A stretch of 46,576 bases of DNA, taken from assembly GCA_013416795.1 (NCBI GenBank), contig RQSC01000017.1, forward strand, positions 205,072 to 251,647, read 5' to 3'. Within the stretch, counting starts at the first letter, position 1, and every line of letters begins with the position of its first letter. The position numbers and the translations under genes were made by a program. Positions 1 through 11,789 of this stretch are shown here, one piece after another. A model generated the notes under the pieces. It ran no database searches. It saw nothing but the letters and a program-made list of their open reading frames with translations, and was not told the origin of the DNA. The DNA comes from Prasinococcaceae sp. CCMP 1430. Taxonomy: Eukaryota > Plantae > Prasinodermophyta.

Positions 1-22
1 CGCGGCGGCGGCGAGGGCGCCA

Positions 23-924
23 ATGGGCGCGTGGGGGGCGGGAGCGGCGGCGGGGACGAACGCCCTGGCTGCGCGCTCATTCGCCGCGCAGGCGGCGGAG
101 GCTGCCGAGGCGGCGGGCGGCGCGGGCGCGGACGGCGAGGGGCAGCAGCAGCAGCAGGAGGAGGAGGGGCAGGAGCAGGCGGAGCCCTCCGGAGAGTTCA
201 TCGTCGTGGTGCGCAGTGCGGGCGGGTCTGGCACGCGGCTGAAGCAGCTGCTCGTGCCGCACACGGGCGAGAAGGACGCGGCGCCAAGTGCGGGTGACGA
301 AGCGACGCCCAGCTGGCTCATGCCTGAGAGCAGCGGCGCGAGCCTGCTCACATCCGCCAAGAGCTCCGAGGCCTCGTACCTCATCAGCAAGGTCGTCACA
401 ACGCGCGCGCGCGCTTTCGCGGGGGGCTACGCGCCGATGATTGCGGGGCCGACGCTGCTCTGCGTCACGCGCGATGCATCGCTGTGCGCAGGCATCCTGA
501 AGGTGAGGCGCGCGTGCACGCACCCCGCGCAGCGCGCGCGCGCCCGCTGACGCCGCGGCACCGTCCAGATGGGCGCTGTTTTTCTTGCGACTGACAGTGG
601 CTGCGCTCGGTGCGGCTCGTCTGCGCGTCGCAGGCGCTTGCGACGGCGCCTGCCATCTCGAAGGAGGGGTTCACGCTCATTGGCGCCAGTCTCGATGGCA
701 TCGTGCTCGACCCTGCGGAGGCCGTCGAGGCGATCAAACACTACACACAGCCCACGCACCTCATGCTCGTCTCTCAGCTGCAGGCCAATGCGATGGCTTT
801 GACGGGCAGCCTCACCACGGCGCAGCAGCAGCTGGCCGCGGCGCTCGAAATGCACGCCGCGGGAGAGGGCAGCGAGGAGGGAGACAGCGCGGAGAGCGCG
901 GCGGAGGGAGGTGAGGATGTATGA
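23..924 (+). CDS. Organellar 50S ribosomal protein uL10-like, 2 exons (23-502, 634-924); 5' end may extend beyond the window
   Basis: Phase-0 GT-AG intron 503-633 with CTGAC joins two ORFs. The product has L10-like segments (MIAGPTLL..., FTLIGASLDGIVLD, helical LVSQLQA tail) and a long low-complexity N-terminus. Confidence 0.55.
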
Positions 925-1055
925 GCGACAGCGCGCTCGACAATTTTAATTCTTTATATTATATCGACCTGTCGCCCTCGCACGCACAGCTGTGTCGCGC
1001 GCGTGGTGCCTTTGCGCTCAGGTCGCTTTGTGCGCGCACACGTGCCAGCGAGGCC

Positions 1056-3257
1056 TCACTGCACCGTGACGCTCTTCGCCAGGTTGCGAGGTTGATCTAC
1101 GTTCAGCCCTCTGATGCACGCCAGGTAGTATGACAGAAGTTGCATGGGCACAATGTTCACCACGCCCTGCAGGCAGTCGACGGTCTCGGGCACCTTGATG
1201 AGGTGCATGGGTGTGCCGCCCTTGTTCTCCTTCGCGAAGCGCTCCAGCTCGGTGTCGCCCTCGCCCGCGAGCACCATGAGCCAGCCATGGCGCGCGCAGA
1301 GCTGCTCCACGCAGCTGAGGTTCTTGGCGTAGTTACGGTCGCGCGTGGCGACCACGATGATGGGCAGGTTCTCATCCACCAGCGCGAGCGGCCCGTGCTT
1401 GATCTCCCCCGACAGCACGCCCTCCGAGTGCATGAGCGTGACCTCCTTCACCTTGAGCGCAGTTTCCATCGCGGTCGCGTAGTGATAGCCCCGGCCGAGC
1501 ACGAGGAGGCTCTGCTGCTCGGTGAGCTTCTTGGCCAGCTTCTCCATCTCGGGCGCGAGCTCGAGCGCCTTGGAGATGTTCTCAGGCAGCGCCGCGAGCG
1601 CGTCGATGACCTCGATGCGCCTGGTCAGCTTTGTGAGCGAGTCCTCCGACAGCGCCAGCGCCAGCATGACCAGCGTGACGATCTGCGACGTGTACGCCTT
1701 GGTGGAAGCCACGCCGATCTCCGCGCCCGCGTTGATGTGCACGCCGCACTGCGTGCGCATCGAGATGGCCGATCCCACCGTGTTGGTGATGCCCACCGTG
1801 AGCGCGCCGCGCGCCGCCGCGTAATCCAGCGCATCGAGCGTGTCCTTGGTCTCGCCACTCTGGCTGACAAAGATGCAAGTGTCGTCGCGCATGATGGGGC
1901 ACGCGCGGTCGGCGATGTCGCTCGCGAGCTCCAGCGAGACGGGTGTGCCGCAGAGCTCCTCGAAGGCGGGCCGCGTGGCCAGGCACGCGTTGTACGACGT
2001 TCCGCAGCCCACGAGCACCAGCCTGTGGCTGCGGCGGATGATGGGAAGGAAATCGTTCACCCCGCCTAGGAAGATGCGCTTGCGCCGCGCGAGGCTGGAC
2101 AGCGCGGCCACCTGCGTTGCCGTCGGCGAGCGCACGCTCGCCACCTCTGCAGCGGCGTCCGCGGCCGCGGCGTCCGCGGCGAGAGTCCGCGGGTTGGGCG
2201 GCACCACGTTCGCCCACGTGTCCGGCGCGTCGTCGGCGAACACGCGCCCGCGCATTGTGTTGGCGAGCGACTCGGGCTGCTCATTGATCTCCTTCTGCAT
2301 GAAGTGGTCGTACGAGCCCTTCATTATCTGCTCGGCCTCCATCTCGAGCATGTTGATGGCGCGCTGCACCTTTGACGGCAGCGAGCCCTCGCGAATGGCG
2401 CCGTGCTCGTCGCGTTCGAAGCGAAAGGTCTCGAACTCGCCGTCGTGCAGGTGCACCATCTCGTCGTCATCGAGCACGATGACGCTCTTGGTGTGCTCCA
2501 CCACCGCCGACGCGTCCGAGGACAGGAAGTATTCCGCGCCGCGCCCCGCCGACGTCTTCGAGCGGCTCAGGGAGCGGTTTAGCGAGCGCGTCACCTTGGG
2601 GCCGTCGGTCGTGCCACCGCCGTTGGCGAGGGCGGCGTCCTCGTCCTTGATGGCGAGGATGAGCGGCGAGCCGCGCTTGCACCCCACGAGCTCCCCCGGG
2701 AAGTGCCTGCTCTTGAAGAGCAGCGCGTACGCGCCCTCCAGCGCGCGCACGACCTCGGTGACGAGGTCGACGAAGCCCAGCTCTGTGCCCTGCGAGAGCG
2801 CGAGGTCGTAGTAGTACTTCGCGAGCTTGGGCACGACCTCGGTGTCGGTGTCGGACTCGAACTTCACCCCCTGGGCCTCCAGCAGCGTGCGCAGCGCCTT
2901 GTAGTTCGTGATGATGCCGTTGTGCACGACGACGAAGTCGCGCGCGGCGTTGTCGCTCGCGTGCGGGTGCGCGTTGCGCGCCGAGGGCGGGCCGTGCGTC
3001 GCCCAGCGCGTGTGGGCGATGCCCACCTGGTTGGGCGCCACGCATCCCACGTCGAGGCCGCGCGCGGCCGCCTCCTTCTCCACGTGCGCGCGCAGAGCCG
3101 CGATCTTGCCCGGCGAGCGGAACACGAGCGCGCGCCCGGCCGCGCCGGCGCCGGTGCTATCGGGGGCATCCGCGTCGCTCTCGCTGCTGTCGACGGCGAG
3201 GCCGGCGCTGTCGTACCCGCGGTACTCGAGCCGCTGGAGGCCCGTGAGGAGGGTCAC
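1056..3257 (-). CDS. GFAT: Glutamine:fructose-6-phosphate amidotransferase (GFAT); N-terminal MCG exon not found
   Basis: GLQRLEYRGYDSAG, IAHTRWATHG, HNGIITNY, SIS-domain SQSGET and VASTKAYTSQ, HGPLALVD, C-terminal PRNLAKSVTV. Confidence 0.95.
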   Translation of the reverse strand: MTLLTGLQRLEYRGYDSAGLAVDSSESDADAPDSTGAGAAGRALVFRSPGKIAALRAHVEKEAAARGLDVGCVAPNQVGIAHTRWATHGPPSARNAHPHASDNAARDFVVVHNGIITNYKALRTLLEAQGVKFESDTDTEVVPKLAKYYYDLALSQGTELGFVDLVTEVVRALEGAYALLFKSRHFPGELVGCKRGSPLILAIKDEDAALANGGGTTDGPKVTRSLNRSLSRSKTSAGRGAEYFLSSDASAVVEHTKSVIVLDDDEMVHLHDGEFETFRFERDEHGAIREGSLPSKVQRAINMLEMEAEQIMKGSYDHFMQKEINEQPESLANTMRGRVFADDAPDTWANVVPPNPRTLAADAAAADAAAEVASVRSPTATQVAALSSLARRKRIFLGGVNDFLPIIRRSHRLVLVGCGTSYNACLATRPAFEELCGTPVSLELASDIADRACPIMRDDTCIFVSQSGETKDTLDALDYAAARGALTVGITNTVGSAISMRTQCGVHINAGAEIGVASTKAYTSQIVTLVMLALALSEDSLTKLTRRIEVIDALAALPENISKALELAPEMEKLAKKLTEQQSLLVLGRGYHYATAMETALKVKEVTLMHSEGVLSGEIKHGPLALVDENLPIIVVATRDRNYAKNLSCVEQLCARHGWLMVLAGEGDTELERFAKENKGGTPMHLIKVPETVDCLQGVVNIVPMQLLSYYLACIRGLNVDQPRNLAKSVTVQ

Positions 3258-3485
3258 CCGAAAGGCAGTAAAACAGGAAGATCTGGTACAGGTCCTTGCG
3301 GTCCTGCTGCCTCACTCTATGCGCCCGCCGCCGTGCGCCAATGCCGCCGCGCCCGCCAACAGCCCCTCCCGAGCTGCTGCCGCCGCTGCAGCCGATGCGC
3401 GCGCCGCCGCTTGTGGCGCCGCTCCTGCGCGCTCGCGGCGGGGAGGATGGGGCAGGCGCAGTCCCACCGCCCCGTGCGCACACGA

Positions 3486-3488
<3 letters not shown>

Positions 3489-3521
<33 letters not shown>
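3489..3521. repeat. (CA)n microsatellite
   Basis: Directly visible, followed by a (CG)n tract. Confidence 0.95.
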
Positions 3522-3524
<3 letters not shown>

Positions 3525-4141
3525 GCGTGTGACACACTCGCGCGCTCGCACACACGCGCGCGCGCGCGCGCGCGGCGCGCGCGCAGTGTGTCTCGCGCGC
3601 GCTCCGCTCGCTCGCGCGCACCCTCGGGCGGCGCGCCCTCGGCCGCATGTTTTCCGGCCGGCGTCTCCATCCGCATCACCGCTTTTTTCACACGCCAAAT
3701 CACCTGAAAAACGCCGCAACCGCCGCGTCGAAATCCGCCGAATGGATCCGCGGCGTTGACACGATGGGATGCGGTGGGCCGAGGAAGGGCCCGGGCGCAG
3801 GCGCTCGAACACCCGCCAATCGAGGGCGTTGGCAGACGCGATGCGACGTGCGCCGCCCCAGCCGGGAGACATGAATGTGAAACAATGTCAAAAATGGCCA
3901 CGGTGGCCTGAGATGATTCCCCGATTCGGAGGCGCGGCGCGCGGGCGCGGGCGCGCGCCTGCTCCGGGGCCCGGCGCCGGGCTCTGGGCGAGCGCGCCGG
4001 CGGCCGTTCCCCCGGCCCTCGCGGCGCTTCGCGGCGTGGCCTCTGCGTGGCGCCGGGGCGTTGCGAGACGCTCCGTCCGCCGGAGTCGCTCTCTGCGCGC
4101 GCGAAATGGCGGGGCGCGTGCCAAGGGGTGCTACGGCCGCG

Positions 4142-5974
4142 TCACTCCAGATCGAAGAGGAACGATGCGCCGCCGAAGCTCGGCTTGAGCGCCGGCTCCG
4201 GAGCAGACGCGGGATAGGGCGAAGGCACGAGCGCCTCATCGACAGCAGTTTGAGCCACGACCCCGCCATCCGTCGCGAGCGAACCCTCGTAGTCGCCAGC
4301 TTGCGGGTCGCCTTGAGCGGGTGACAAATCCGACTGTGTGCCGGGACCCGCTCCCTCCGACGATGGGTCCTCGAACTGCTCCGTATCAGCACCACCCCCA
4401 TCCACCGCCACGCTCGCGACCTCTCCCCCATCCTCCCGTTCCACCTCCTCCTCCTCCCCCTCCTCCTCAGGTTCTTCGGGCGCGGGCTCGACGAAAGGCC
4501 TTGGTGCCGGCGCCGGCGGCGGCACGACCGGCAGCGTCACGCGGAGCTCGCGCTTGTCCTTCACCCACTTGGCGCTGCCGGCAGAGTCGTCCACCTGCAC
4601 AGACAGCCGTGCGCGCGCGCGATGGATGCGTGAGCACGCAGAGCGCGCAGCACCGATGTGAGCCAACAGCGGTCGCTCGCGCGCGCGCTCACGCACCTCG
4701 TACGGCAACGTCAAATCCAGCCTGTAGCCGGGAAACTTTGCAGTCGCCTCTGACGTCAACACGAGGCGCTGCGGGCTGACGTCGAGGTCGGCCGCGGCCG
4801 CGCTCTTGAGCTCCGGCAGGCGCACTGTCAGGATCAGTCGCTCGGGCAGCGAGGGTCGTGCTCCCGCCTTCGCACTTGTGCCCACACCCGCCTGCACCGC
4901 AAAGTGCTCCTCGTATCGCAGCGTGCCGCTGTGCACGAGCGTGTGATCAGGGACCACTTCGCCGTTGTCGGCGTATTGCAACCTTGGCGGCGGCGGCGCG
5001 TTGGCCGCCGCAAGATCGAAGGAGAAGGGCGATTTGCCGCCGCCGCTGCTGCTCGTTGGCCCCTCCTGAGTCTGCGCCGTCGGCAAGCTCTGCGCTCGCA
5101 AGCTCGCAACCTCGCTGGGCACGCCCGTGGGCTTGACCTGCCCAGTGGCGGCCGGCGCGGCCGCGGGCGCCTTGCCCTTGTTGCGCACGGTCTGGACGCT
5201 CGGGCCCTCGGCGGGACCCTTGTACACCATGCCCTTCGGGCAATAGTAGTCCCTCTCCAGCTTGATCTCCCTTCCCCGCACGACGGCGTCACGCGCAACG
5301 TCGCACACCAGCGTCTTGAATCGCGCGTTGCGTTGCGCAAGCGCCATCGTGTCGGGGTGCACCACGAAGTCCAACGCCTTGGCGGGCGTGCCGTCCTTGG
5401 TGGACTCCTCGCGCAAAACGCCTAGGGAGTAGGGCACATCGAAGGAGGTGCCACCCTCGGCCTTGCGCTGCGAGTACACAGCGACCTGCGTGCGCATGAC
5501 AGAGCGCACGCGTCGGCGGCGTCAGCGCGTGGCCACGGCGCGCCAGCTTCGACGGCGCGAGGCGTGAACGCGCACGCGGACCTTGTCGCTGCTGCACACG
5601 TTGACGTAGACGCGCCCCGCCTGCTCGCCCGCGTCCTCGGGCGTGCCTTCCTCCTTGCAGCGGCACACGAAACCCGCCGTCGGCATGACGAGTTGCACGT
5701 CCTCGCCGTAGACGGCACCCACCTCGCCATCGCGCTCGAGCTGCCGCAGGTACGCGTCAGTCTCGGCGCGGTGCGCTGGGTCGGCGATCTCCTTTGCGTA
5801 CTCGGCGAACATTTCGACGAACTTAGGGTCTTTGAAGGCCTTGGTAAATTTGTCGGTCTCCTCGTTGGTGAGGTCTAGATCCTTGAGGATCTTGCCCACG
5901 CTCTCTGGGTTGACATCCACCTCCTCGCCACCGCCGCTGGCCGCTGCGCTGGCTTCATCAGCGGTGCGTGCCAT
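4142..5974 (-). CDS. DNAAF2: Kintoun/PF13 (DNAAF2) PIH1-domain dynein assembly factor, 3 exons (5974-5582, 5485-4697, 4594-4142)
   Basis: N-terminal AFKDPKFVEMFAEYAKEIADP, PIH1 motifs (PTAGFV, VYVNVCSS, VPYSLG, DFVVHP), CS-like domain (AKWVKDKRELRVTLPV). GT-AG introns 5486-5581 and 4595-4696. Confidence 0.85.
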
Positions 5975-6148
5975 GGCTTCGGCCGGGAACGTCCTTTCCG
6001 GCCCCGCCCCACCCACCCTTCCCTTCCTCCCTCCCTCCCTTCAGCGACCTCGATCGCTGACGCGCCCGCACCCGCGCTGCGGCTCGACGGTCGCGACGCG
6101 GCCCTCGCTCCTTGCGCTCCGCGCTCCCGGCGCGCGGCGCGCCCGGCG

Positions 6149-6231
6149 NNNNNNNNNNNNNNNNNNNNNNNNNNNNNNNNNNNNNNNNNNNNNNNNNNNN
6201 NNNNNNNNNNNNNNNNNNNNNNNNNNNNNNN
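6149..6231. other. Assembly gap (83 N) next to a poly-C tract; single n also at 18348 and 28646
   Basis: Directly visible. Confidence 0.99.
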
Positions 6232-6378
6232 NCCCCCCCCCCCCCCGCCGCCCCCCCTCCACCTCCTCCCCCCATCCATTCCTCCCGTAGCCACACTGCG
6301 CGTCCGACTCGCCTCCCCTCCTCCCCGTTCCCCCTCTCATCAGAGCGCGCGCACTGTGTGCGAGGGCCCAGCGCGACC

Positions 6379-7061
6379 ATGAGCCAGCCGTACTCCACAT
6401 GGACGGAGGGCGAGGAGATGAAACCTCCAGGCGGCAACGCCAACACCGTGGCGAAGAACGTACGTGTGTGCTCAGTGCCGCCACTGCGGTGGAAGAGACG
6501 GCAGTGACAGTGAAAGCAGCGGCGGAGGCGCTTCGAATGCGCGCGCATGCGTTGGCGCCGAGCTGCAGTCGCTTCTCGCGCGCGCGCCTGGGGCAACGCC
6601 GGTCTCCTTCTGCTCGCCGCCGCCGTGCCTCGCTCTAGTATTCGCGCTGCCCTCAATCTCACACCGCGTCCGCTTCGCTCCCCGACCGCACTCGCTTGGG
6701 TCCGCCCGCGTGCTCGTCCGGCGCACTCGTACCGTTGCGCCCCGTGCTCCGCGTGCGCGTAGAACCTCCGGCACGACTGGTTCAACGAGATGCGTGACGA
6801 GGGCATTCTCCCCGACAACCGCTGGAAGTTCATGCCCAACAAGGACAACATCGCGCCGCGGCCCGCTGATTGGGAGCAGCCAGGTACGCAGCGCAGAAGG
6901 GCGACACGTCGCTTCGCGTGCCCTCGAGCGTGGCCGTCCGCGAAGCGCGAGCAGCGCCATTAGCGCCACTTTGGCCAGCCACCTCCACCACAGGGACTGA
7001 CAAGCGCCTACCCGTGCTCGCAATCGTGCCCGCTCGCACATCCACAGACTTCAGCGATTAG
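6379..7061 (+). CDS. Small unknown protein, 89 aa, 3 exons (6379-6459, 6763-6883, 6994-7061)
   Basis: ACCATG start; GTACGT..TAG and GTACGC..CAG introns keep the frame (phases 0 and 1); coding-like codon usage; TAG at 7059-7061. Confidence 0.7.
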
Positions 7062-7204
7062 CAGCTTGCACCTGCCGACTGAGCGCGCGCACGTCCTTGA
7101 GCTCGGCGCGGCCGCGTAGCTGTCGTGTGTTCCATACACGTCGGGCGCGTGCGAATAAAGAATGTCGTATGATACATGCACCAGCGCGCGTGCAGCGCGC
7201 ACGC

Positions 7205-8134
7205 TCAGGATTCCTCGGCGCGCTCGAGCTGACCCTTGAGCCAGCTGAACACAGCGAACTGGATGGCGTTGCTCGGCCCGATCTTGACAAGGTAGACGCC
7301 CGCGCCGCGGTAGAGGCGCCGCACACCGCCGTCCGCGACGAGCCTGCGGCCAGCCTGCAGGTAGCTCTCCTTGGCGGGCGCGCTGCCGTCCGCAAGTGGC
7401 GCGCTCTTGTACTGCAGCCGTCGGCGGATGGTATCATTTGGATAGATGAGGAGGCCCGCGAACGTGCCCGCCGCCCAGCCATAGACTGCGGGCGCCCACA
7501 CGGCGTCGCCTAGGGGCTTGTCCCTGCGCAGCGCACCGAAAACGCCGAAGCGGATGCCCTCAACGGCCACGGCGCCTCCCAGCGTGGCGCTCCCTCCCGC
7601 GTACAGCGCGCGTAGCCCGTGGTGCCCCTTGGTCGCCTCCATGAACGCCGCATGCCACAGCTCCGCGGCGGTGCCCCTGCCGCCCGAGTGGATGCCGCCT
7701 GCGTGGCGCGTGCGCATCAGATCGATGGGGTACGTGAGACCGCCGGCGGCGAGGCCCGCCAGCCCGCCTGCTAGCATGTCGCTGCCCGTGGCCTTGCTCA
7801 GCGCGTCCTGCGTCGCGAAGAGCGTGCCCTTGGCGATGATCGCGCGCGACACATTGAGGCCGTTGCCGCGCCACAGGCCCGTGACGCCCTCCTCGCGCAC
7901 GACGGCCGCGAACGCGGCGACCGGCGCCTCACCGGACGCGAGCGACGTCTGCATTAGCAGCCTCACGCGCTCGAGCGGCGCCACCACCGTCTTCGCGACT
8001 GCCCCCGCCGCGCCCCCCACCGCCAGCGCCCACGCCGTCTGCAGCACGTGAGAGGCCGCGACGCCGCCGAGCGCGCCGCCGCCTCCCTGCTGCGGCGGAA
8101 GGTCTGCGCCGCCCGGCGCCCCCGCCACTGCCAT
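7205..8134 (-). CDS. Mitochondrial carrier family (SLC25) protein
   Basis: Three Px[DE]xx[KR]xR repeats (PLERVRLL, PIDLMRTR, PNDTIRRR) and EG..GLWRG / LYRG motifs. Confidence 0.9.
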   Translation of the reverse strand: MAVAGAPGGADLPPQQGGGGALGGVAASHVLQTAWALAVGGAAGAVAKTVVAPLERVRLLMQTSLASGEAPVAAFAAVVREEGVTGLWRGNGLNVSRAIIAKGTLFATQDALSKATGSDMLAGGLAGLAAGGLTYPIDLMRTRHAGGIHSGGRGTAAELWHAAFMEATKGHHGLRALYAGGSATLGGAVAVEGIRFGVFGALRRDKPLGDAVWAPAVYGWAAGTFAGLLIYPNDTIRRRLQYKSAPLADGSAPAKESYLQAGRRLVADGGVRRLYRGAGVYLVKIGPSNAIQFAVFSWLKGQLERAEES

Positions 8135-8922
8135 CCCTGCGGGCGGGCAGGCGGACGAGGTGGGGCGGGGTGGGGTGGGGGTCTTTCCCCGCACGCGCGC
8201 GCGGCGTGGCGCGTGTGAGCCCTCTGCCGCCACGCGCCCACGCACACGCCCTCGCGGCGCGCGCATGCGGCGCGGCGCAGCGCGCGGTCAGCCACGCGCC
8301 CAATTCGCGCTCGCGCGCGCCGCGAATTGCCCCAACAAATCGCTCCCAGAGCGCGCCGCGCCTCGCGGCGAAACTCCACTGCCGTCGAATTCGGATGGCG
8401 GACCCGGATCCCGGGCAGCCGTCCACGGTCTAGTCCTATTCATCCTAAACCAGACTGGGCAATTCAGTTTGACCCGGTCAAGACCCGGTCACCTCAGCGG
8501 TGCCCACCGACCTCTCCCACTCGCACGCCCAGGCCGATTTTTGATTTTTCTTTTTCTTTTGATTATCCATGCCATAGCATTGAATTTGATGGCGCCGACG
8601 GGGAAAAGCCGGCGCGCCGGCGCGCGGCCGATCGGCGGAGCGCGATCTCGACGTTCATTCTGACGTGAGCCCACCGCCGCGGACCTCTTTTTTCTTTTTT
8701 TTTTTGGCGTGCGCGCGGATGTTGATGTGGGGCACATCCACATCCACATGACATCATGTGCAGTGCGACGGCACGACGGTTTTTTTGATTTAGATTTAAT
8801 GGGATTTTCCGCACTGACTGCACTGCTGCGTGGCGGGCAGGCGCCACTCAGCGCGCGCCCGGGCCCGCCCCCTGCCCCGCCCCCCCCCCTCCTTCCCCCC
8901 GGCGAGGGCGGGAGAGGGAGCG

Positions 8923-11537
8923 ATGGTGGCGGCGTCGATGGCCCGCGCGGCGGCGGCGCGCGTGCTGCAGCTCGCCGCCGTCGTGGTGGCGATGGTCTCG
9001 GCGTACAAGTGCGTGTCGCGCGGCGGCGGTGGCGTCTCGCGCCGATCGCAGCGCCCGTGCGATGCGCGCGCCGCGCGCGGCCCTCGCGGTGCCGAAGCGG
9101 TCGCCGCCCACCTGCGTCTTTGACCCGAGTTCTGACGGCGCGATCCGACCGCCTTCCTCCAATGCCTGTCTTCCCGCCCCGATCTCCGCCTTTGGCCCCG
9201 CGCGCGTTTCCTTGTCTTCGCCCCCGCGATCGCAGCATCCGCCTGTTCGCGGTGAAGAACTACGGCATGCTGATCCACGAGTTCGACCCGTGGTTCAACT
9301 TCCGCGCGACGCAGTACCTGGCGGACCACGGCACGGAGAAGTTCTTCAAGTGGTTCGACTACATGAGCTGGTACCCGCTCGGCCGTCCGGTGGGCACGAC
9401 CATCTACCCGGGCATGCAGTTCTCCGCCGTGTACATCTGGCGGGCGCTGAACGAGTACCTGGGCGTGGAAATGTCGCTGAACGACGTGTGCGTGATGGTT
9501 CCTGCGTGGTTCGGCGCAGTGGCGACCGCACTGCTCGGCCTGCTGACGGCCGAGTGCAGCGGCAGCGGGTGGGCGGGCGCGGCTGCGTCGCTGGTGATGG
9601 CCGTCGCGCCCGCGCACATCATGCGCTCGGTGGCCGGTGGCTTCGACAACGAGTCGGTGGCGATCACCGCCCTGTGCCTGACCTTTCTGACGTGGAACCG
9701 CGCCATCCGCGACGAGCGCAGCTGGCCGTTTGGCGTCGCCGCGGGCCTCGCGTACGTGTACATGGTGTGGGTGTGGGGTGGCTACGTTTTCGTGCTCAAC
9801 ATGGTTGGCTTGCACGCAGCGTTCCTGGCGCTCACCGGCCACTTCTCCATGGGGCTGTGGAAGGCGTACTCGCTGTGGTATGTGATCGGCACCTACGGTG
9901 CCATCCAGCTGCCGGTGGTCGGCCTGCGCCCCCTCAAGTCGCTCGAGGAGCTCGCGCCCATGGGCGTGTTCTTCATGCTGCACCTGCTCGCGTACTGCGA
10001 GTGGCAGCGCGGCAAGAAGAACCTTTCCAGCTCGCAGCACAAGGCGCTCATCTTCCGGGCCTTCGCCGGCGCCGGCGCGGTCGGTGCTGTGGGCGTGGCC
10101 ATGCTCTACCCGACGGGCTACTTTGGCCCGCTGTCAGCGCGTGTGGCTGGCCTCTTCGTCAAGCACACGCGCACTGGCAACCCGCTCGTCGACTCGGTAG
10201 CCGAGCACCAGCCAGCTTCGGCCGACGCCTACTGGGCGCACCTCCACATGCTGTGCTATTTCGCACCCGCAGGTTTCGTGCTCTCACTCTTCAGGCTCAC
10301 GCGTGCCAACTACTTCCTGGTGCTCTATGGCCTGACCGCGTACTACTTCGCCAACCGCATGAACCGCCTCATCATCCTCATGGGCCCCATCGCCAGCGCA
10401 CTGTCGGGCGTGGCCATCGGCAAGGGCAACTGCTGGGCGGTGGACCAGTTCATCGCGCTCGTGAGGTTCCTGGTGTCGGGCGGCAAGGTCGCCGGGCCGA
10501 AGGAAGGCGGCAAGGTCGGCGGAGACGCCAAGGAATCCAAGGACACCAAGGGCAACAAGTCCACTCCGAGCAAGTCGTCGAAGAGCAAAAAGCAAGCCGC
10601 CGTGGTAAGCGAGGACGACAGCCTCGCCGACACATTCCGCGTGATGAGAAAGCAGCTCGGCAAGCCGCTGGAGTCGGTGTACTACAGCAAACCAGGCGTG
10701 CTGGGGCGCGCGGCCCTCGCCGCATGGATCGTGTACGCCACCGTCACGTACCTCGCGAGCTTCTGGGCGTATTCGCACCGCTTCGCCGCGCAGATCTCAC
10801 AGCCGTCGATCATTTTCAAGGGTCGCCTGCAGGACGGCAAGGAGATCATGGTGACCGACTACCTGGATGGCTACAACTGGCTCCGGGAGAACACACCCGA
10901 GGACGCGCGCGTGATGAGCTGGTGGGACTACGGCTACCAGATCACGGGCATTGGCAACCGTACGACGCTTGCCGACGGCAATACGTGGAACCACGAGCAC
11001 ATCGCGCTGCTTGGCCGTGCGCTCACCAGTCCCGAGCGCAAGGCGCACAAGATCGTCCGCCATCTGGCAGACTACGTGCTCGTGTGGGCTGGCGGCGGCG
11101 GCGACGACCTCGCCAAGTCACCGCACATGGCACGCATTGGCACGAGTGTCTTCCCCGACATCTGCCCAAATGATCCTCTGTGCAAGGGCTTCGGCTTTTA
11201 CGACCGCCAGCAGACGCCAACGCCCTCGATGGCTGCCAGCCTGCTGTACAAGCTTACGCAGCACAAAGTGCGCCCGGGCGTGGAAGCCAACTCGACGCTC
11301 TTCAAGGAAGTGTGGAACTCGCGCTACGGCAAGATGCGCATCTTCAAGGTGCTCCGCGTGTCCAAGGAGTCGAAGGAGTGGCTGGCGGACCCGGCGAACA
11401 GGCTGTGCGACGCGCCCGGCAGCTGGTACTGCCCGGGTCAGTACCCGCCCAAGCTGCCTGGCCCGCCGAAGAGCTTCAAGAAGCTCGACTACGACGAGGC
11501 GCAGAAGGCCCAGCCGTTCATGGGCACGCGCGAGTAA
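8923..11537 (+). CDS. STT3: Oligosaccharyltransferase catalytic subunit STT3, 2 exons (8923-9008, 9236-11537)
   Basis: IHEFDPWFNFR, GGFDNE, SVAEHQP, WWDYG, DLAKSPHM. Phase-2 intron 9009-9235 restores YNIRLFAV. Confidence 0.95.
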
Positions 11538-11789
11538 GGCTCGCGGCGGGGCGGGGGCGCGCGGCGTGCCGGCCTCACTATTCCATGTTGGCTCGCACGC
11601 GCTCAGGAGGCACCCTTTGTACGCGCACTGCGAGGATTAAGATAGCAGCTTGCTTCCGACGCGCACGCGCGCCAGGCGGTACGCCCGCGCTCGCGCGGCT
11701 CGCGCGCGACATCGCTTTGAACGCAACCTCCCGCGCAGGTCGGGACCCTTCATTTCTACCCGCGCGGGTGGGGCATCGCGCGACATGGC

